A stretch of DNA of 64,000 nucleotides, taken from assembly GCA_964518725.1 (NCBI GenBank), contig CAZFKP010000015.1, positions 1,450 to 65,449 on the forward strand, read 5' to 3'. This stretch comes from an uncultured Rickettsiales bacterium (GTDB taxonomy: Bacteria > Pseudomonadota > Alphaproteobacteria > Rickettsiales > SXRF01). Position numbers and translations under genes: made by a program. This document shows, piece by piece, positions 46,460-53,431 of this stretch (the stretch's first letter is position 1; each line of letters starts with the position of its first letter). Under the pieces are notes generated by a model. That model saw only the letters and a program-made list of their open reading frames with translations, searched no databases and was not told the DNA's origin.

Positions 46460-46521
46460 GCGCCTATTGTGCAGTATTCAAGTCCTAAAGCGAGGATAAT
46501 TTGAGGCTTGTTTAGAAAGCG

Positions 46522-46598
46522 TGGCGTGCCCGGAGGGAGTCGAACCCCCGACCTGGAGCTTAGAAGGCTCCCGCTCTATCCAACTGAGCTACGGGCAC
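46522..46598 (-). tRNA. tRNA-Arg (anticodon UCU)
   Basis: The reverse complement folds as GTGCCCG-TA-GCTC...GAGC-G-GGAGC-CTTCTAA-GCTCC-AGGTC-GGGGG-TTCGACT-CCCTC-CGGGCAC-G-CCA. Confidence 0.9.
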
Positions 46599-46707
46599 AT
46601 AACAGTTAGTTATTGACAGCTTGCGCCTATCTACACTAACAACCAACCACCAACAACTGGTTAATGCTTGGCTATTGTCGGTTCCAGGCGTTGTTGGCTT
46701 ATTGTGG

Positions 46708-46784
46708 GGGCGGTTAGCTCAGCTGGTTAGAGCGCCACGTTGACATCGTGGAGGTCGATGGTTCGAGTCCATTACCGCCCACCA
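46708..46784 (+). tRNA. tRNA-Val (anticodon GAC)
   Basis: GGGCGGT-TA-GCTC-AGCTGGTTA-GAGC-G-CCACG-TTGACAT-CGTGG-AGGTC-GATGG-TTCGAGT-CCATT-ACCGCCC-A-CCA. Confidence 0.9.
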
Positions 46785-46853
46785 TTCCCAAATTTTAGAA
46801 CTAAATTACCCCACATATATCACTCGGCGCTAACACCGTTTTCAGACAAGCAG

Positions 46854-46886
46854 GCAAACAAAAGGCTGCACCCGCAGGGTGCAGCC
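46854..46886 (-). terminator. Rho-independent terminator (minus strand)
   Basis: Perfect 10-bp stem GGCTGCACCC/GGGTGCAGCC (46864..46886). On the minus strand it is followed by TTTTGTTT. Confidence 0.6.
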
Positions 46887-46905
46887 CTCGTAGTCTATGC
46901 CGCCG

Positions 46906-47022
46906 CTAGAGGCTTTGGCCGCCGGAAACTTCAATGCGCTGCGCATTGATCCAGCCTGCACCATCATCGAGGATAGCCGCGACCGCGCCGCCAATATCGG
47001 CGGGAAGACCGACACGGCCACC
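46906..47022 (-). pseudogene. C-terminal remnant of a short-chain dehydrogenase/reductase
   Basis: The frame open from 47022 reads GGRVGLPADIGGAVAAILDDGAGWINAQRIEVSGGQSL*, a typical SDR C-terminus, with no intact upstream catalytic region. An in-frame TAG lies immediately upstream, and NPLG is seen in a different frame. Confidence 0.45.
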
Positions 47023-47123
47023 CTAACGGATTCGAACAAACTATTCGCACGCTGTATTTCTTCGAGAAGTTTGCTCGAACGTTCTGAATACGCTCCGTTA
47101 GGGACCACCATTTCCCGCGGAAT

Positions 47124-47375
47124 TCAAAGCTTTCTTGACGTGCCGCTTGTGATTGATTGCGGCAAGCCGTGATGGGGGTTGGCAGGCGCCGCATCGGCAA
47201 ACTGGATAATGGTCGGTGGCGGCGACGGTGCGGCGTTGGCTGGCGGCACAACGATACTCGGGCGTGGCTGATTCATACCCGGTTGGCGCGGCGTAAACAT
47301 CGGAAGTCTCGGTGCGGTGATTTCTCCCTTGGGAGCGGCGGGTGACGGCGGCAATATGGGCGGTTTCTCAGTCAT
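47124..47375 (-). CDS. Proline-rich small ORF coupled to ogt (uncertain)
   Basis: Its ATG overlaps the ogt stop as ATGA. 83 aa, MTEKPPILPPSPAAPKGEITAPRLPMF... CCG-rich third positions are compatible with coding. No family recognised. Confidence 0.25.
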   Translation of the reverse strand: MTEKPPILPPSPAAPKGEITAPRLPMFTPRQPGMNQPRPSIVVPPANAAPSPPPTIIQFADAAPANPHHGLPQSITSGTSRKL

Positions 47376-47851
47376 TGCTGTTCCAGTTTCAGCAGCCATT
47401 CCTTGCGTTTTAGGCCACCGCCATAGCCGACCAGCGCACCATCGGCGCCGATCACGCGATGGCACGGAATGATGATGGAAATCGGGTTGCGGTTATTGGC
47501 CATGCCTACCGCCCGTGCTTTCTTCGCATCGCCCATGCGCGCCGCCTGTTCGCCGTAGCTGTTGGTACGCCCATAAGGGATTTTCTGTAGCGCCCGCCAG
47601 GCATTGATCTGGAACACCGTTCCCTTCAACTCAATCGGCAGGTCAAACGCCGTGCGTTTTCCGGTGAAATATTCGGCGAGTTGTGCCTCGGTCTTAAGCA
47701 GCAGCGGATGGCTCGACGATGGTACACATTCATCGTTGAGCGCCGGATGGTTTTCTTTGCCGCCATCAAAGCCAACATACCGCAAGCCTTTATCGGAGAC
47801 GACCAGTTTTAGTTTTCCAACCGGTGATGCCATGGTTTTCTCGTAGAGCAT
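47372..47851 (-). CDS. ogt: Methylated-DNA--protein-cysteine methyltransferase
   Basis: Active site IIIPCHRVIG, with the upstream YGEQAARMG...RAVGMANNRNP. Confidence 0.9.
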   Translation of the reverse strand: MLYEKTMASPVGKLKLVVSDKGLRYVGFDGGKENHPALNDECVPSSSHPLLLKTEAQLAEYFTGKRTAFDLPIELKGTVFQINAWRALQKIPYGRTNSYGEQAARMGDAKKARAVGMANNRNPISIIIPCHRVIGADGALVGYGGGLKRKEWLLKLEQQ

Positions 47852-47860
47852 AAAATCCCC

Positions 47861-48628
47861 CTAGACGGTTCCAAAACTCTTTATCAGACTGCCACAGAGC
47901 ATGTACCAGCCGTCAATGAGCACAAAAAAGATAATCTTGAATGGTAGGGAAATAACAATCGGCGGCAGCATCATCATCCCCATCGCCATCAGGATGGAGG
48001 CGACCAGCATGTCGATGATAATAAACGGTACGAAAATCAGGAACCCAATCTCAAACGCGCGTTTCAGCTCGCTAATCATGAAGCCGGGAATAAGCACGCG
48101 GTATGGTGTTTCCTCCGGTTCCTTGATGACCAACCCTGGCGACATATCGACAAATAACTTCAAATCCTTGTCACGCACATGCGTCAGCATGAAATTATGA
48201 AACGGCTCTCCGATTTTCTCGAGCGCTTCTTTTGCTTCTATTTTCTCCTCGATCAGCGGCTGCACACCATTGTCATAAGCCTTCTCAAAGGCAGGCGCCA
48301 TGATGAAAAAGGTGAGGAACAGTGCTAACGAAATCAGCACCTGGTTCGGTGGCGTCTGCTGCAGACCCATGGCACTCCGCAGGAACGAAAACACAATCAC
48401 GATCCGCATGAACGAGGTCATCATCACCAGAATCGACGGAGCAAGGCTGATAACGGTGATGACGGCAATGAGCTGGATCAGCTTGCCGGAAGCGGTAGCA
48501 CTGCTTGTATCGCCGAGGTTGATGTTCATCGACTGGGCGAAGGCGGGCGCTGCACACAACGCGACCCCGGCAAACACCACGCCCCATGCCAACATACCGA
48601 TGGGTTTTTTTATCTGGTGGTTAGGCAT
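47861..48628 (-). CDS. fliP: Flagellar export apparatus protein FliP
   Basis: Signal peptide followed by SLAPSILVMMTSFMRIVIVFSFLRSAMGLQQTPPNQVLISLALFLTFFIM. Confidence 0.95.
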   Translation of the reverse strand: MPNHQIKKPIGMLAWGVVFAGVALCAAPAFAQSMNINLGDTSSATASGKLIQLIAVITVISLAPSILVMMTSFMRIVIVFSFLRSAMGLQQTPPNQVLISLALFLTFFIMAPAFEKAYDNGVQPLIEEKIEAKEALEKIGEPFHNFMLTHVRDKDLKLFVDMSPGLVIKEPEETPYRVLIPGFMISELKRAFEIGFLIFVPFIIIDMLVASILMAMGMMMLPPIVISLPFKIIFFVLIDGWYMLCGSLIKSFGTV

Positions 48629-48893
48629 GCGGCTCCTTTATGGTCTCTACGACGATGTCGCCCTGTGGCGATAACAACAGTAAATGCTCCTGTCCGTCGC
48701 GTTTGACCAGCACTAGTTTGCGTCGTGCATCGAGCATCCTGCTTTCAATCACCTGCAAGCGACCAACGCTACCAGCGGACAGCCACCCTGGTTTTTTTTG
48801 CGCCAGATAGCGCAGCCCAAGCGCGCACATGCCGATCAGCGCCAGGACGACACCGAAGGCCACGACGATACGAATGGGATCAACGACGTCCAT
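48621..48893 (-). CDS. fliO: Flagellar biosynthesis protein FliO
   Basis: 90 aa with a single TM and the segment RLQVIESRMLDARRKLVLVKRDGQEHLLLL. It overlaps fliP. Confidence 0.75.
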   Translation of the reverse strand: MDVVDPIRIVVAFGVVLALIGMCALGLRYLAQKKPGWLSAGSVGRLQVIESRMLDARRKLVLVKRDGQEHLLLLSPQGDIVVETIKEPHA

Positions 48894-49219
48894 TACTCGT
48901 CATCACGCTTGCCGAAATTATCACGGGAATCCGCCGTCTTGTAGGCAACGCTCGCGTTGCGATGCTTCGGAATATCCTGCAACCCAGCCTGCGCTTTCAT
49001 CTCTTGTCCCAGCGCGTTCAGGCTCATCAGCAAATCCTGAAGCCGCGGCTCATAGAGCTGCTGGTCACCTGCCGGCATCGTTTGAATCATGTCGCACAAT
49101 GTCTCAATGGCGTTATCCAGACCGGCCATATCCAAATCATCCCCCGCAGCAACGGCGGCGCGGCTGCTGGCAATATATTCTTCCATGTTACTGAAGAATG
49201 ATCCCACGTGCTGGCTCAT
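48893..49219 (-). CDS. Hypothetical protein in the flagellar operon
   Basis: 108 aa, helical and acidic, translationally coupled on both sides. No family recognised. Confidence 0.4.
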   Translation of the reverse strand: MSQHVGSFFSNMEEYIASSRAAVAAGDDLDMAGLDNAIETLCDMIQTMPAGDQQLYEPRLQDLLMSLNALGQEMKAQAGLQDIPKHRNASVAYKTADSRDNFGKRDDE

Positions 49220-49506
49220 ACATTGGCTCCCTTGACCTTGTCGTTCGCACGATACACATAGGCAAGTATTTCCGCAACGGCGGCGTAAGCTTCCAGCGGA
49301 ATCGGGGTATCGATATCGAGCTTTTCGAGCATGTGGACGAGATCGCGATCTTGCCGGATTTCAATGTTGTAGCGCGTGGCCAGCTCGATAATCTGCTGTG
49401 CCATGTAACCTTTGCCCTTGGCAGCGATCACCGGTGCGTTGTGCTTCTCGCGCTCGTATTTCAACGCTACCGCAAGTTTATTCCTATCTGTTTCCATCCG
49501 GTTCAT
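49216..49506 (-). CDS. FlhB C-terminal-domain-like protein (EscU/YscU/HrcU family, YlqH-like)
   Basis: AVALKYEREKHNAPVIAAKGKGYMAQQIIELATRYNIEIRQDRDLVHML...EAYAAVAEILAYVY. Confidence 0.75.
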   Translation of the reverse strand: MNRMETDRNKLAVALKYEREKHNAPVIAAKGKGYMAQQIIELATRYNIEIRQDRDLVHMLEKLDIDTPIPLEAYAAVAEILAYVYRANDKVKGANV

Positions 49507-49768
49507 CCTTGGGTTTTGGCGTATTGACCGGTTTCACGCCAAGCCCATCCAGATCGAAATCCATCTCAAAAAATTCGCTGTCCCCGGCTCCGGCCGCCGC
49601 AATGTTCTGTTCCATGATTTTCTCATGCAGCTCCTTACGTAGGATGCTTGCTTCCTTCGGAAATACAAAGCCAAGCTTAACTGACTTGCCGCGTACTTCC
49701 ATGACGGTGAGCTCGATATTGTTATTGATGATAATCGACTCACCAATCTTCCTGGATAAATAAAGCAT
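49484..49768 (-). CDS. csrA: Carbon storage regulator CsrA homolog with an acidic C-terminal extension
   Basis: MLYLSRKIGESIIINNNIELTVMEVRGKSVKLGFVFPKEASILRKELHEKI parallels the Bacillus-type CsrA MLVLSRKINEAIQIG...VKLGIDAPK..IHRKEIY. Confidence 0.8.
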   Translation of the reverse strand: MLYLSRKIGESIIINNNIELTVMEVRGKSVKLGFVFPKEASILRKELHEKIMEQNIAAAGAGDSEFFEMDFDLDGLGVKPVNTPKPKDEPDGNR

Positions 49769-49807
49769 TCCTGCGGATCCTCTTGATGCGCTACGCGTCG
49801 TTCACTT

Positions 49808-49822
49808 TGGCACAGTATTTGA
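49808..49822 (+). promoter_or_regulatory. Sigma-54-like promoter candidate upstream of flgB
   Basis: TGGCAC-N5-TTGA (consensus TGGCAC-N5-TTGC) lies about 110 nt upstream of the flgB start, with one mismatch in the -12 element. Confidence 0.25.
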
Positions 49823-49934
49823 ATACATGGTTTATTGGCAAATGCAAATTTTGTCTGGTGCATGTTTTATAATTATGATAATATAGGAAAAATATACCTA
49901 CTATCTATATATAATAAAAACAGGGATTTAATCA

Positions 49935-50351
49935 GTGGATTTTTTAAATATTCCCCTCTTTCAAGCGATGCAGAGCAAGCTCAAGTACCACTCTGAGCGT
50001 CAGGCCGTGCTCGCGCAGAATATCGCCAATGCCGATACGCCGGATTATCTCGCACGGGATATCCAAGCCCCGGATTTTGCCTCCATGCTTGCAGGCGCGC
50101 GTTCTTCAGGCGCCATGGCCATGACCAATAACCTCCACATGCAACCCGGGATGGGTAAAAATGGCGGCAGCGGAACTTACCAGCAGCGCGAAAACACCTA
50201 CGAGCTGAATCCGATCGGCAATAACGTGGTGATCGAAGAAGAAGTGATGCGCGTTGCGGAAAACCAATCGGAATACCAAAAAGTGCTGGGTATTTACCGG
50301 AAATCGCTGGAAATGTTTAGAATTGCGCTTGGCAAACAAGGTGCGGCATAA
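49935..50351 (+). CDS. flgB: Flagellar proximal rod protein FlgB
   Basis: GTG start. LKYHSERQAVLAQNIANADTPDY... Confidence 0.85.
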   Translation: MDFLNIPLFQAMQSKLKYHSERQAVLAQNIANADTPDYLARDIQAPDFASMLAGARSSGAMAMTNNLHMQPGMGKNGGSGTYQQRENTYELNPIGNNVVIEEEVMRVAENQSEYQKVLGIYRKSLEMFRIALGKQGAA

Positions 50352-50362
50352 GGAGTTGGTAG

Positions 50363-50770
50363 ATGCAGTTGAATGATTCACTCAAAATTGCTGCTTCGGG
50401 CATGAAGGCACAGAGCGATCGCCTTCGCGTCGTGGCGGAGAATATCGCCAACGCCGATTCCACCGGTCGCACGCCGGACGAGTTACCGTACCGCCGCAAA
50501 ATGGTAGTGTTCCGCAATATGCTTGACAAAGAGCTTGGTGTGGAAACGGTCAAAGTGGCGAGCCGCACCACCGACAACTCCGACTTCATCAAAAAATTTG
50601 AACCCTACCACCCGGCGGCGGACGAGCAAGGTTATGTGCTTTATCCAAATGTTAACACGATTGTGGAAAGTGTAGACATGCGGGAAGCGCGCCGGGCGTA
50701 TGAAGCAAACCTCGGCGTGGTAGAAGTATCCAAGGCAATGCTGGCGCGCACGCTAGATTTGCTACGGTAA
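50363..50770 (+). CDS. flgC: Flagellar proximal rod protein FlgC
   Basis: LKIAASGMKAQSDRLRVVAENIANADST... and C-terminal EMREARRAYEANLGV. Confidence 0.9.
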   Translation: MQLNDSLKIAASGMKAQSDRLRVVAENIANADSTGRTPDELPYRRKMVVFRNMLDKELGVETVKVASRTTDNSDFIKKFEPYHPAADEQGYVLYPNVNTIVESVDMREARRAYEANLGVVEVSKAMLARTLDLLR

Positions 50771-50786
50771 TTTGTAGGAGTATTCT

Positions 50787-51098
50787 ATGGTAAACATGGC
50801 ATCGGCACTGAGCGCGTATAACAACCAGATGAAACTGGCGAAAAACGGCGACGCCTTGCTCGGCCCAGAAGAAAAAAACGGGCCGAGTTTCTCGCAATTC
50901 CTCGAACACCAGATTCAGGACATGACCAACACGCAGCAAACCGCTGAAGCTGCGAAGGTCGATGCGCTGACCGGCAAAGGGGATGTAACCGACCTGGTGA
51001 CCGCCATCGCCAACGCCGAGCTGGCGCTCAACACCATCGTCACGATCCGCGATAAAGCTATTTCTGCCTATCAGGAAATCATCCGCATGCCGATGTAG
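50787..51098 (+). CDS. fliE: Flagellar hook-basal body complex protein FliE
   Basis: 103 aa with C-terminal DLVTAIANAELALNTIVTIRDKAISAYQEIIRMPM. Confidence 0.85.
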   Translation: MVNMASALSAYNNQMKLAKNGDALLGPEEKNGPSFSQFLEHQIQDMTNTQQTAEAAKVDALTGKGDVTDLVTAIANAELALNTIVTIRDKAISAYQEIIRMPM

Positions 51099-51171
51099 GT
51101 GGCACTTAATACTTGGTGGTATAAGAAAATGGTGCTAACCAAGTGGTGAATACTTAACACCACGCACCGTC

Positions 51172-51438
51172 ATGGAAGCTTCCGAAGTCATTGATATCTG
51201 CCGCGAGGCGATCTATGTGCTGATTATTGTCGCCTCTCCGGCGATGATCTCGTCACTCATCGTCGGCCTGATCGTTTCCCTGTTTCAAGCGCTGACGCAG
51301 ATCCAGGAACAAACCCTCACCTTCGTGCCTAAAATCCTTGCCATGCTGCTGGTGTTGGGACTGACCCTACCCTTCATGTTGCAGCAGCTTACCGACTTCA
51401 CCCACAAGCTTACTGAACGCATCGTCAATATTCAATGA
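51172..51438 (+). CDS. fliQ: Flagellar export apparatus protein FliQ
   Basis: 88 aa with LIVSLFQALTQIQEQTLTFVPKILA. Confidence 0.9.
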   Translation: MEASEVIDICREAIYVLIIVASPAMISSLIVGLIVSLFQALTQIQEQTLTFVPKILAMLLVLGLTLPFMLQQLTDFTHKLTERIVNIQ

Positions 51439-52199
51439 CACTGAACGACTTCATGTTGTCGCAGATATTCACCTTCCTGCTGATATTCTGCCGGGTTGGA
51501 ACAGCGATCATGATTATGCCAGGTTTTGGGGAAGCCTATATCAGCGCCCGCATGCGCCTGCTTTTCGCCGCGATGTTCGCAGTGGTGTTGACGCCCGCCA
51601 TGCAGTCTTTTCCTGCCCCGCCTGAAACGACCTTCGGGCTGGTCAATCTGATGACTGCCGAACTGCTCACCGGCTTGTTTTTTGGCACAATCACCCGCCT
51701 GCTCATTTCCGCCATCAGCCTCGCCGGCATGATTATCGCCTATCAATCAAGCCTTGCCAGTGCGCTGGTGCAGGACGTGACGATGTCCGGCGGACAAGGC
51801 ACGAGCCTCGGTAACTTGCTGGGGATCAGCGCGCTGGTGTTGATGTTTGTCACCGACATGCATCATATGATGTTACGTGCCATCCATGACAGTTACCAGA
51901 TATTTGCCGTCGGCGCGTTTCCGCTAATTGAGGATTTTAATACCCACGCCACCCGCGTGATGAACGAATCGTTCCTCGTGGCGCTGCAGCTTTCCGCACC
52001 ACATATCGTCATCGGCCTGATGATTTACCTCGCGGGCGGTATCATTGGCCGCCTGATGCCAAGCCTGCAGGTTTTCTTCATCCTAATGGCGCCACAACTT
52101 ATCATCAGTTTTTTTATCTTGATGATTACTTTCGGCGCGCTGATGACATGGTACCTCGATTACTTCAGCCGCAATCTTCTCCATTTCGTGGGGCAATAA
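51435..52199 (+). CDS. fliR: Flagellar export apparatus protein FliR
   Basis: 254-aa polytopic protein overlapping fliQ by 4 nt. FLLIFCRVGTAIMIMPGFGE... Confidence 0.85.
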   Translation: MTLNDFMLSQIFTFLLIFCRVGTAIMIMPGFGEAYISARMRLLFAAMFAVVLTPAMQSFPAPPETTFGLVNLMTAELLTGLFFGTITRLLISAISLAGMIIAYQSSLASALVQDVTMSGGQGTSLGNLLGISALVLMFVTDMHHMMLRAIHDSYQIFAVGAFPLIEDFNTHATRVMNESFLVALQLSAPHIVIGLMIYLAGGIIGRLMPSLQVFFILMAPQLIISFFILMITFGALMTWYLDYFSRNLLHFVGQ

Positions 52200-52202
52200 G
52201 CC

Positions 52203-53273
52203 ATGGCTGAGGGCGAAGACCAGGATCAGAAGACAGAGGAACCAACCTCCCGAAAACTTCAGGAAGCCTTTGAAAAAGGTAATGTACCGGTCTCGAAGGA
52301 AGTTGGCAGTTTCCTGATGTTATTTTTGCTGGCGATGATTGTCGCATCATATGCACCGGGCATCCTGAATGAAACCCGCAACATGCTCATCTCATTTATC
52401 CGCAACGCCGATAATATTCCCGTGGATAAAATGGGTGTCAGCGCCATATTTCGCCAGCTCTCCCTGAACTCAATTGCGATTCTTACCGTGCCGCTCCTCG
52501 GATCAGTCATTGTCGCGCTTGCTGCCGGGTTATTGCAAAACGGCATTGTGATTTCCGCCGAGAGTATCAAGCCGAAGCTGAGCAAAATCTCACCACTTGC
52601 CGGGCTAAAACGTATTTTCTCAATGCGTACCGTGGTTGAATTCATCAAAAACATTACCAAAATCACCATCGTCGGAATTGTGGCATTCATGGCGGTTTAC
52701 CCGGAGTTACACCAGATTCAAACCTTGCCGGGCGATAGCGGCGAGGCCATTTTACTTTTCCTCGCCAAGCTTGCCACACGACTAACGGTTGGCGTTGCGA
52801 TAGCGATGTTTTTTATTGCCCTGTTCGACCTGGTATACCAACGGCTGCACCACACGAAATCACTGCGTATGAGCAAGCAGGAAATCAAAGATGAATACAA
52901 GCAAAGCGAGGGCGATCCGGTTATCAAGCAGCGCTTGCGGCAATTGCGGCAGGAAAAAGCCAAACAACGGATGATGTCGGAAGTGCCGAAATCGGATGTC
53001 GTAATCACCAACCCAACCCACTTCGCCATCGCCCTCATCTATCGACCGATGGAACATAAAGCGCCGATTGTCGTTGCCAAGGGGCAGGATTTAATTGCCC
53101 TCAAAATTAAGGAGATTGCGGAAGAAAATGACGTGCCGGTGGTGCAGAACCCACCGCTTGCCCGCGCCCTCTTCTCCTCCACCGAAATTGACGATGAAAT
53201 CCCCCTCATCCATTATGAGGCCGTGGCTAAAATCATCTCCTACGTCTACCAGCTCAAGGGGCGCCGTTTGTGA
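52203..53273 (+). CDS. flhB: Flagellar export switch protein FlhB
   Basis: QKTEEPTSRKLQEAFEKGNVPVSKEV... and the NPTH autocleavage motif (VVITNPTHFAIAL). Confidence 0.95.
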   Translation: MAEGEDQDQKTEEPTSRKLQEAFEKGNVPVSKEVGSFLMLFLLAMIVASYAPGILNETRNMLISFIRNADNIPVDKMGVSAIFRQLSLNSIAILTVPLLGSVIVALAAGLLQNGIVISAESIKPKLSKISPLAGLKRIFSMRTVVEFIKNITKITIVGIVAFMAVYPELHQIQTLPGDSGEAILLFLAKLATRLTVGVAIAMFFIALFDLVYQRLHHTKSLRMSKQEIKDEYKQSEGDPVIKQRLRQLRQEKAKQRMMSEVPKSDVVITNPTHFAIALIYRPMEHKAPIVVAKGQDLIALKIKEIAEENDVPVVQNPPLARALFSSTEIDDEIPLIHYEAVAKIISYVYQLKGRRL

Positions 53274-53431
53274 CACACTGTCACACAAAATTTAACATTA
53301 TGAAATATAATGATATTTATTTGAGCCATTCTGTGAAGCAGGTGATGTTGCTGTCATAGAATCTTCATACTTCCCAAGTAATAAGCATGCTATATTAGTG
53401 ACATGGTAATGATGGCTTGGAAAGGCTTGTT

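Noticed and set aside
46599-46707. The spacer between divergent tRNA-Arg and tRNA-Val was inspected for an ncRNA or additional tRNA.
   Set aside because: No cloverleaf or conserved structure could be folded. It contains a TTGACA-like -35 element and is most simply a shared promoter region.
51099-51171. A TGGCAC motif upstream of fliQ could be a sigma-54 promoter.
   Set aside because: The -12 element at the required spacing reads ACTT rather than TTGC. The region is better described as two short hairpins (ACTTGGT/ACCAAGT, GGTG/CACC).
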